64,000 nucleotides of DNA from Christensenella sp. (GTDB lineage Bacteria; Bacillota; Clostridia; Christensenellales; CAG-138). The stretch lies in NCBI GenBank assembly GCA_034926785.1, contig JAYFQU010000015.1:13363-77362 (forward strand), in the 5' to 3' direction. Position numbers and translations under genes: made by a program. Within the stretch, counting starts at the first letter, position 1. The number at the start of each line of letters is the position of its first letter. Below the pieces are notes generated by a model, which had not been told where the DNA came from, did no database searches, and saw nothing but the letters and a program-made list of their open reading frames with translations. Shown piece by piece: positions 39,564 through 47,241 of the stretch.

Positions 39564-42500
39564 GTGCGTAAACTGCTGACAATCCTACTTTTTGTATGCC
39601 TGCTGAGCGTGCCGGCGCTGGCGCTTGCCGATAACGGCGATCAGCTTTCGGGGGCCGACCTCCTCTACAACGGGGATTTTTCGGTTTACGCTGAGAGCGC
39701 ATCTCTGCCCTCCGGCTGGGAATTGAACGCCTATCAAAACGACTCAAACAGCGTGAGCGCCGGCGTGACGCAGGATGACGGCGGCGAGCGCAGCATTACG
39801 CTGAGCAATCTTGTTGCAAATGATGCGCGCGTTGTACAGGCCGTATCCGTCAAACCCGACACCGTCTATTGCCTGAGTGCGGAGATCCAGACCAACGATG
39901 TACAATATGGCACGGGAGCGAACCTCTCTATCGATAATTACGCGGTTGATAAAACCTATTGCTATTCGGAGAATTTGTTTGGTTCAGATGCGTGGCGGGC
40001 TGTTTCGCTCTATTTCCGAACGGGGGCGGAACAGACATCTGTGAATGTTGCCCTGCGCCTTGGCGGATATGGCACAACCGCCATCGGCACGGCGGAATAT
40101 CGCAATGTCTCCATGTATGAATGCGTCGCGACGGGCGCGACCATTGTCGATCTAGCGACCGAAAATGGAACGGTCTCCAGCTCTTCGGCCGCGGACACCA
40201 CGCAGGAGGCGGAGGCCACCGCAAACGATCCGTTGTATCTTGCCGTTGCGTTTACGGTTGTGCTCGCGGGGGCGTTCTTCTGGGGATATCGGGAGGTTTT
40301 CCGCTATGAATCGCGGATGCTGGAGAGCGTCGGAAAATCACGGCTCGCGCTGATGATTCTTCTTTTGGGCGCGTTTGTGTTCCGCGTTGCGCTGTCCATC
40401 GTGTTTTACGGGCACTCGACGGATATCAACTGCTTCATGGCCTGGGGCAACATGGTGCTCAACGGCACAAGCAAATTTTATACATCCGGCGCATTCGCGG
40501 ACTATCCGCCGGGATATATGTATCTCTGCGGCGCGCTTTCCGGGCTTTGCAAGATTCTTGGCATTCCGTATGGATCGGACGGAATGGCGCTGCTTTTCAA
40601 GATGCCCGCGACGTTTGCGGACATGGCGGCGGTCTATCTGCTCTATCGCATCGCAAAACAGCGGAACTTCGGCGAAAAGGGCGCGCTGCTGATAGCGGGC
40701 ATCTATGCGTTTGCGGCGCCGCTGATGTTCGTCTCCGGCGCATGGGGCCAAATTGACTCCCTGCTTGCGCTGCTGATCGTACTGGTGATCTGGCTGATGC
40801 AGCAGGATAAGCGAATTCTTGCCGGCGCGGTCTATGGCATTGCAATCCTCATGAAACCACAGGCGCTGATGTTGGGGCCGATTCTTGCGGTTGCGTATGT
40901 GTTCCAGATACTGGACGATAAAGAACGTTGGCTCTGGCGGCTGGCGGAAACCGTGCTGGCTGTGGCCGCCGCGCTTGCTGCGATCATGCTGCTCTCCCTG
41001 CCGTTTCAGGGTACGCAACCCTGGAACTGGCTGATCAGGAAATATATCGAAACCGCCGGATCCTATGACTATGCATCCATCGAGGCGTTCAATTTTGCGT
41101 CGTTAATCGGCGGGAACTGGAAACCCTCGAGTATGCTGGTGCTCGGGTTAATTCCATATAAGACATTCGGCATTTGGATGATCGGCCTTTCCGTTGCCTT
41201 TTCGTCCGTTCTTTACTTCCTTGGCAGAAAACGGAGCAACGGCGCGCTGTATCTTTCCGGCGCGCTGGTTGTCCTGCTTGTCTTCACCTTCGGGCACTAT
41301 ATGCACGAGCGCTATATGCTCCCCGCGCTGATGCTGTTGCTGATGGCGTACGTTTACGATCGCGATCGGAGACTCCTGATTGTCTTTGGCGGTATTTGCG
41401 CGACTGCATTTTTAAACGTGACGACCGCCTATTATATTGTGGATCACCAAGCGGCGCGCGGCGTGCTCTATGACGTGATCACGCGCGCGGGGTCTTTTGT
41501 TACGGTGGCACTGACGGTCTACCTCAGCGTAGTTGCCGTGCAGATACTGGCGCTTGGCAAATCGCCCGCGCCTCTGAAACTCGAACAGCAGAAGGAAAAA
41601 CGGCTTTCGCGCAGAGTTTCAATCCTGCCCGCGGCGGCGACGGACAACAAGCTGCACTATACCAGACGGGATCTGCTGGCCGTACTCGGCATTACGCTGG
41701 TCTATGGTGTTGTCGCGCTGACCAACCTCGGCTCGACCAGCGCGCCGCAGACCTACTGGTATAGTGAAACGGCGGGGGAAAGCGTCACTCTGCGGTTCGA
41801 TGCGACGGAGCATGTTGCGGCGTACAGCGTGTTTGGAAATATCGATACCGACGGAACGCTCCTGATCAAGACGCCGACCGGACATGAGGAAACCTTTGAC
41901 CAGACCTATGACGACATGTTCCGCTGGAAAAAGGTGACGACGGATTTTGTGACGGATAGCGTTACGCTTTCGCTCTATTCCGGTTCTCTAAAACTCAACG
42001 AAATCGCATTTTATAATCAGCAAGGCGAGCGGATTCCCGTGCGCGCCATCGATGCCAAGGGATCCCAGAAGAACCTTGTGGATGAACAGAACACCGTCGC
42101 GGAGCCGAGCTATTATACCGGCATGTATTTTGACGAGCTGTATCATGGCAGAACGGCATATGAGCACCTGCACAACCTCACTCCATATGAAAACTCACAC
42201 CCGCCGCTCGGCAAGATATTGATCATGCTCGGCGTTTGGGCGTTTGGGATGACGCCGTTTGGCTGGCGCGTGGTTGGCGCGCTGTTCGGCATCGGCATGC
42301 TGCCCGTTCTCTACGCGTTCGGTAAGCGGATCTTCAAAAACTCCAACTACGCGCTGGTGCTTACAACGCTCTTTGCGTTTGACTTTATGCACTTTACGCA
42401 AACGCGGATCGCGACGATAGACGTCTACTCCGTCTTCTTTATCCTGCTGATGTATTACTATATGTACCAATACATCACGATGAACTTCTTTGTGGACGGG

Positions 42501-43394
42501 CTGAAAAAGACACTGAAGCCCCTCGCGCTCTCCGGGCTGTTTTTTGGAATTGGCGCGGCCTGCAAATGGACGAGCATCTACGCCGGTGCGGGGCTGGCCG
42601 TGCTGCTCTTTGGCTCGCTGATTGCGCGTTATCTGGACTATATTCAGGTAAACGCGCGGGATAACGACGCGGACAAGGCAAGGGTAAAGGAATTCTGGAT
42701 GCTCGCAGGGAAGACGATTGCCTGGTGCGTGCTGTTCTTTATCGTCATTCCGTTTGCTATCTACTTTGCATCCTATCTGCCCTACTACATCTATGAGTCG
42801 GGGCAGAATCCGGGTTATGGGCTTATGGGAATGAAGGATACCTTCGTAAAGTATCAGGAGTTTATGTACAGCTATCACTCCAACCTCAAGGCGACGCACC
42901 CGTATCAGTCCAGTTGGTATTCCTGGCCATTTACCGCTAAACCGATGTGGTATTACTTCAACAGCTACATCGCGCCGGATCAAATCTCTACGATGAGCGC
43001 CTCCGGGAATCCCGCCGTCTGGTGGGTGTCCTCGATTGGCGCGGTAGCGTTGCTCTGGGCACGGATGACCAAGCGCGTTGCGCCCGATCGTGCGATGCAG
43101 ATCTTTACGGTTGGGATTCTCGCGAATTATCTGCCCTGGGTGCTGGTCACGCGGTGTACCTTCATCTACCACTTCTTCGCAACCGTTCCATTTTTATTGA
43201 TGGCAACGGTCTACGCGCTGCAAAAGCTGGAGCAGAAATACCGCGATGCGTGGTTTGTCAAGTGGTTCTGGGTCGGGCTCGCGATTCTGTTTTTCGTGCT
43301 GCTCTATCCGGGCATCTCCGGATTGCCCGTTTCGTCCGGCTGGGCATCGTTTATTTCGAATTTACCGGGAGGGAAATTGATGTATGGAGCGTAA
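39564..43394 (+). CDS. Very large exported/membrane protein: signal peptide + beta-rich domain + GT-C-like polytopic module + second beta-rich domain + PMT/GT39-type polyprenyl-phosphate-sugar glycosyltransferase module
   Basis: GTG at 39564 behind ggaaagga. Signal peptide LLTILLFVCLLSVPALALA. Module 1 loop HSTDINCF..FADYPPGYMY. Module 2 YFDELYHGRTAYEHL..YENSHPPLGK and C-terminal TRCTFIYHFFATVPFLL (PMT-like). Confidence 0.75.
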   Translation: MRKLLTILLFVCLLSVPALALADNGDQLSGADLLYNGDFSVYAESASLPSGWELNAYQNDSNSVSAGVTQDDGGERSITLSNLVANDARVVQAVSVKPDTVYCLSAEIQTNDVQYGTGANLSIDNYAVDKTYCYSENLFGSDAWRAVSLYFRTGAEQTSVNVALRLGGYGTTAIGTAEYRNVSMYECVATGATIVDLATENGTVSSSSAADTTQEAEATANDPLYLAVAFTVVLAGAFFWGYREVFRYESRMLESVGKSRLALMILLLGAFVFRVALSIVFYGHSTDINCFMAWGNMVLNGTSKFYTSGAFADYPPGYMYLCGALSGLCKILGIPYGSDGMALLFKMPATFADMAAVYLLYRIAKQRNFGEKGALLIAGIYAFAAPLMFVSGAWGQIDSLLALLIVLVIWLMQQDKRILAGAVYGIAILMKPQALMLGPILAVAYVFQILDDKERWLWRLAETVLAVAAALAAIMLLSLPFQGTQPWNWLIRKYIETAGSYDYASIEAFNFASLIGGNWKPSSMLVLGLIPYKTFGIWMIGLSVAFSSVLYFLGRKRSNGALYLSGALVVLLVFTFGHYMHERYMLPALMLLLMAYVYDRDRRLLIVFGGICATAFLNVTTAYYIVDHQAARGVLYDVITRAGSFVTVALTVYLSVVAVQILALGKSPAPLKLEQQKEKRLSRRVSILPAAATDNKLHYTRRDLLAVLGITLVYGVVALTNLGSTSAPQTYWYSETAGESVTLRFDATEHVAAYSVFGNIDTDGTLLIKTPTGHEETFDQTYDDMFRWKKVTTDFVTDSVTLSLYSGSLKLNEIAFYNQQGERIPVRAIDAKGSQKNLVDEQNTVAEPSYYTGMYFDELYHGRTAYEHLHNLTPYENSHPPLGKILIMLGVWAFGMTPFGWRVVGALFGIGMLPVLYAFGKRIFKNSNYALVLTTLFAFDFMHFTQTRIATIDVYSVFFILLMYYYMYQYITMNFFVDGLKKTLKPLALSGLFFGIGAACKWTSIYAGAGLAVLLFGSLIARYLDYIQVNARDNDADKARVKEFWMLAGKTIAWCVLFFIVIPFAIYFASYLPYYIYESGQNPGYGLMGMKDTFVKYQEFMYSYHSNLKATHPYQSSWYSWPFTAKPMWYYFNSYIAPDQISTMSASGNPAVWWVSSIGAVALLWARMTKRVAPDRAMQIFTVGILANYLPWVLVTRCTFIYHFFATVPFLLMATVYALQKLEQKYRDAWFVKWFWVGLAILFFVLLYPGISGLPVSSGWASFISNLPGGKLMYGA

Positions 43395-43869
43395 CATGGA
43401 GGCAAAAAAGACGATTCGGCAGGTGATTAGATTTGCCATTGTCGGCGTGCTGAACACACTGGTGGATTTCGCAGTGTTCCAAACACTGAATCTCACGCTT
43501 GGCTGGGTCTATGCCGCGCAGGTGCTCGGCTATACCTTTGGCATTATCAATAGCTATCTTTGGAACAGCAACTGGACTTTTCGTGAGCAGCGCACACGCT
43601 CGCTTCGGGAGATTGTGCTCTTCGTCGCGGTCAACTTGGTGTCTTTGGGCGTTTCGCTCGGGGTTATCTGGCTCTGCCGCGAGGTCTTTGGCATCACCAA
43701 CGAATGGGTTGCCGGCTGGATGCCGAAATTCCTCGCGGGCTTCCTCAAGGGCGACACGGTTTGCAAGCTGATTGCAACGGTGGTTGCCATCGCGGTCAAT
43801 TATCTGGGCAATCGTCTGTTCGTGTTTAACGGCAAGGCGGAGGCTGCTCCGGCATCCGCGGAAGAGTAA
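43384..43869 (+). CDS. gtrA: GtrA-family membrane protein (lipid-linked glycan translocation accessory)
   Basis: RFAIVGVLNTLVDFAVFQ...YLWNSNWTF...NYLGNRLFVF with 4 TM helices. 11-nt overlap with the upstream ORF. Confidence 0.85.
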   Translation: MERNMEAKKTIRQVIRFAIVGVLNTLVDFAVFQTLNLTLGWVYAAQVLGYTFGIINSYLWNSNWTFREQRTRSLREIVLFVAVNLVSLGVSLGVIWLCREVFGITNEWVAGWMPKFLAGFLKGDTVCKLIATVVAIAVNYLGNRLFVFNGKAEAAPASAEE

Positions 43870-44190
43870 AAGGCCATGCACGATTGCTAAAAAACACCGC
43901 GGGAGTGGTGGTTCAGCCTGTCAAAAAAATCCCGGGATTGTTAAGGGCTGTAGCCCTTAACCCATCGGTTCCGGCTGCGGTGGCTTTGCCGCCGCGACGG
44001 AGCGCCCGGGATCGGGCGGTTTCTTCGCAGTTCTTTGCCGTTCGGAGTCCGGAGGATGAGAGGCAAAGAGCGGTTGCCTCGTCAAAAAACTTGTTTTTTG
44101 GCGGCCTCAAACACCGCGGAAGCGGTGTTTTTCGTGTATACTGATAGCAATCGTATCTTGTCAGACCGAAGGAAGGAAACGGGACATATC
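43870..44190 (+). other. Hairpin-dense GC-rich spacer bounded by a 22-nt imperfect direct repeat (candidate small RNA or miniature inserted element)
   Basis: aaacaccgcgggagtggtggtt (43892-43913) versus aaacaccgcggaagcggtgttt (44109-44130) match at 19/22. Stems lie at 43895-43910, 43941-43960, 43977-43995, 44003-44018, 44033-44068 and 44083-44100. Confidence 0.4.
44109..44134 (+). terminator. Rho-independent terminator closing the GT-C/GtrA region
   Basis: acaccgc / gcggtgt stem with GGAA loop, then TTTTT. Confidence 0.8.
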
Positions 44191-45717
44191 ATGCTATCAC
44201 GCATCAAGAGCCACGGGTTAAACGGAATCGGGGGATTTTGCGTTCAGGTGGAGACGGATATTGCAAACGGTCTGCCTGCGTTTGAAATTGTTGGCTTGCC
44301 GGACGCGGCGGTGAAGGAATCCCGCGAGCGCGTTCGAGCGGCGATTAAGAATGCCGGATATGTTTTCCCCGCAGCGCGCATCACGGTCAATCTCGCGCCA
44401 GCGGACATGCGAAAAGAAGGCGCGGTGTACCATCTGCCGGTTGCGCTCTCCATCCTCGCGGCTTCGGGCCAGCTTGGCACGCACTTGCGGCCGGAGCTTG
44501 TCACGTTTGGTGAGCTGGGCCTGGACGGAGGGGTTCGTGCCATCGCGGGTGTGCTGCCGATGGTGATTGACGCGTTTTCCAAGGGAGAGACGGTATTCGC
44601 TGTGCCGGAGGGAAACGCAGAGGAAGCGGCCTATGTGGAGGGCGTCTCCATTTTGCCGGTTCGTACGCTTGCCCAGCTTTGTGAACATGTGCGCGGAGAT
44701 AAAGAGATTGCGCCGCATCCCACCGAGCGTTGGCAGGGGTCGGAGCAGCGATATGCGACGGATTTTTGCGAAATCAAAGGGCAGCAGGGCGCGAAGCGGG
44801 CGGCCGAGATCGCTATTGCGGGCGGGCATAATATTTTGCTTATCGGCACGCCGGGCGCGGGTAAAACCATGCTTGCGCGCGCGATTCCCTCCATCCTGCC
44901 GCAGCTGACCTATGAAGAATCCCTGGAGATCACAAAGATCCATTCCATCACAGGTGCAACCAAGGGGAGGGGTATGGTTCGGGAGCGCCCGTTTCGCGCG
45001 CCGCATCACGGCGCGTCGAGCGCTGCGCTCGTCGGCGGAGGAAACCGCGCCATGCCGGGAGAGATCAGCCTCGCGCACTACGGTGTGCTGTTTCTTGATG
45101 AATTGCCGGAGTTTCAGCACAATGTGCTGGAATCATTGCGGCAGCCGCTGGAGGACGGATTCATCACCGTCAGCCGTGCGGCGGCAACGGCGACCTATCC
45201 GGCGGAGTTTGTGCTCGTTGCCGCCATGAATCCCTGCCCCTGCGGAAACAACGGCTCCCGGATCCACCCCTGCCGCTGCGCCAAGAGCCAGATTGAGCGC
45301 TATCGTGGCCGCATCAGCGGGCCGTTATTGGACCGGATTGATATTCAGATAGAAATGCCGGAGGTCGGGTTCCTCGAACTTGCCGAAAAGGCGGTGGGCG
45401 AACCCTCCGCTGTGATTCGCGCACGCGTAGAGGAGGCAAGGGAACGCCAGCGGAAGCGTTTTTCAAATGACGGGATTTTGCTTAACGCGCAGATGAACAC
45501 GCGCCTCATCAAGCAGTATTGCACGCCGGATGCGGCATCCGAGGCGCTGCTCGCCCGCGCGTATTCGGAATTAAAGCTCTCGGCGCGCGCCTATCAGCGC
45601 ATCTTAAAGGTTGCGCGAACCATTGCGGACATAGAGGGCGCGGAGAAGATTTCGCTTTCGCATTATGCCGAGGCGATTCAGTATCGCAGTCTCGACCAGT
45701 CCGGGAGGGAAGCGTAG
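44191..45717 (+). CDS. comM: YifB/ComM-family Mg-chelatase-like AAA+ ATPase
   Basis: MLSRIKSHGLNGIGGFCVQVETDI...GLPDAAVKESRERV, Walker A GTPGAGKTMLA, GVLFLDELPEF. ATG at 44191. Confidence 0.92.
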   Translation: MLSRIKSHGLNGIGGFCVQVETDIANGLPAFEIVGLPDAAVKESRERVRAAIKNAGYVFPAARITVNLAPADMRKEGAVYHLPVALSILAASGQLGTHLRPELVTFGELGLDGGVRAIAGVLPMVIDAFSKGETVFAVPEGNAEEAAYVEGVSILPVRTLAQLCEHVRGDKEIAPHPTERWQGSEQRYATDFCEIKGQQGAKRAAEIAIAGGHNILLIGTPGAGKTMLARAIPSILPQLTYEESLEITKIHSITGATKGRGMVRERPFRAPHHGASSAALVGGGNRAMPGEISLAHYGVLFLDELPEFQHNVLESLRQPLEDGFITVSRAAATATYPAEFVLVAAMNPCPCGNNGSRIHPCRCAKSQIERYRGRISGPLLDRIDIQIEMPEVGFLELAEKAVGEPSAVIRARVEEARERQRKRFSNDGILLNAQMNTRLIKQYCTPDAASEALLARAYSELKLSARAYQRILKVARTIADIEGAEKISLSHYAEAIQYRSLDQSGREA

Positions 45718-45720
45718 ACC

Positions 45721-46869
45721 ATGGCACGGAGCATTACGCAAGAGGAACGCGCGCGCCTTTGGCTTAACTTTGGGGTTGAGTACAATTCCCGATTGTTCAA
45801 TAGGATCGCCCTAAAATTCCGGACATTGGAGGAAGCATACGCTGCATTCTCCGTAAAGGCCGAGATTTTTGCGTGGCTCCCGGAGCGCGCGGCTGCGCGC
45901 CTTTCACAGGCGCATGCCACCGGGTTTTTGGATCGTTTCATTGAAGGGATGGAGAAGAAACATATTCTCTTTACCTATCCCGATGATGAGCGTTATCCGC
46001 GTCTGCTTTCCGAAATACCTGATCCGCCAAGTGTTTTGTATTATATTGGCAGAATCGATCCCGACCCGGAACTGGCGCTTGCGCTGGTCGGTTCGCGGCG
46101 ACCGACGAAGTATGGGATTGAGGTTGCGAGGCGATTCGGTTTTGAGCTGGCCTCGGCGGGCGCGCTGGTCGTCTCCGGTATGGCTGAGGGAATCGACGCC
46201 TGCGCGGCGCGCGGTGCGCTGGATGCGAAAAACTCCGTCTGTCCGACGCTCGCGGTGCTCGGATGCGGGGTGGACGTGATCTATCCGCAGTCCAACGAAA
46301 AACTCTATGAGCAAATCATCGAGCGCGGCGCGGTGGTTTCGGAATTTTTGCCCGGAACAGGGGTAGAGCGGTATCATTTCCCGATTCGGAACCGTGTCAT
46401 GAGCGGGCTTGCGCATGGCACGCTTGTGATTGAGGCTGCGCAGCGGAGCGGGACCTCCATTACCGCGGGATATGCGCATGATCAAGGACGTGAGGTTTTC
46501 GCCGTACCCGGGCGCATTGGAGACGCCATGAGCGAAGGCCCAAACGGCATGATCTCGCGCGGAGAAGCAAAGCCCGTCTTTTCGCCGGAGGATATCCTCT
46601 CCGAGTTCTCCTGTCTGCATGTGCCCGCCGAGATGAAACCGGAGGCGAATGTGGTGTTGCTTTCAACGCTCGGCGACGATCATCGCGCCATCTGCCGCCT
46701 GCTCAAGAACGGCGAGATGAGCTTTGACGAACTCTGCGATGCGCTGTCCCTGCCCATTGGAATCATGAATGCGAGCCTGACAGAACTGCAATTTGCCGGA
46801 ATTGTGCAGATTTTGCCTGGGAGGCGATATGCGATTGACTCTGAGCGAACAAAGCTGAAAGATGTTTAA
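45721..46869 (+). CDS. dprA: DNA processing protein DprA (Smf)
   Basis: LALVGSRRPTKYG, SGMAEGIDACAARGAL and a Rossmann-like DprA core. Precedes topA, as is typical. Confidence 0.92.
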   Translation: MARSITQEERARLWLNFGVEYNSRLFNRIALKFRTLEEAYAAFSVKAEIFAWLPERAAARLSQAHATGFLDRFIEGMEKKHILFTYPDDERYPRLLSEIPDPPSVLYYIGRIDPDPELALALVGSRRPTKYGIEVARRFGFELASAGALVVSGMAEGIDACAARGALDAKNSVCPTLAVLGCGVDVIYPQSNEKLYEQIIERGAVVSEFLPGTGVERYHFPIRNRVMSGLAHGTLVIEAAQRSGTSITAGYAHDQGREVFAVPGRIGDAMSEGPNGMISRGEAKPVFSPEDILSEFSCLHVPAEMKPEANVVLLSTLGDDHRAICRLLKNGEMSFDELCDALSLPIGIMNASLTELQFAGIVQILPGRRYAIDSERTKLKDV

Positions 46870-47135
46870 AGTTAAAAGAAGTACTGAATACTAAAATCGC
46901 GCGTTTCATTGATTAGACTATTCCCGCAGAGATCCACCACAGTCAGCACAAAGGGAGACATCGTAAAAAATTGGAAACCCGTGCTGAAACACAGACTCTG
47001 CACGCGTGATATAAATATGAAGAAAGTTCGATTCACATCCAGATTGGCTTCCTATCCAAACCTGTTCTTTGCATCATTCCCTTGAATTTACAGGTCAAAT
47101 GTAACACGCGAAATAAATCTTTCACAATATTTATC

Positions 47136-47164
47136 TTGACAGATTTGCAGTTTTTCGGAATAAT
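47136..47164 (+). promoter_or_regulatory. Sigma-A-type promoter for topA
   Basis: TTGACA (47136-47141), 17-nt spacer, AATAAT (47159-47164), within an AT-rich spacer. Confidence 0.55.
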
Positions 47165-47241
47165 GAAGCAGTTGCCGGACAAATCACACGCATATAACGC
47201 GTGTTATGCCATATTTGGCGCCGACCGGCGGGAGGAACGTT

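Noticed and set aside
44041-44075. gagtccggaggatgagaggcaaag resembling the SRP (4.5S) RNA helix-8 core
   Set aside because: The conserved GGAA tetraloop/AGCA context of SRP RNA is not present, and the flanking sequence does not form the expected long helix. The resemblance is limited to tccgga.
43884-44144. 86-aa + strand ORF spanning the gtrA-comM spacer
   Set aside because: It has a TTG start without an RBS, an Ala/Arg/Pro-rich low-complexity product, and it runs through several strong hairpins and a terminator.
47017-47085. 22-codon ATG ORF (MKKVRFTSRLASYPNLFFASFP) in the AT-rich spacer before topA
   Set aside because: It has no Shine-Dalgarno sequence and no recognisable motif. Chance ORFs are expected in AT-rich DNA. 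It is kept only as a note under the spacer finding.
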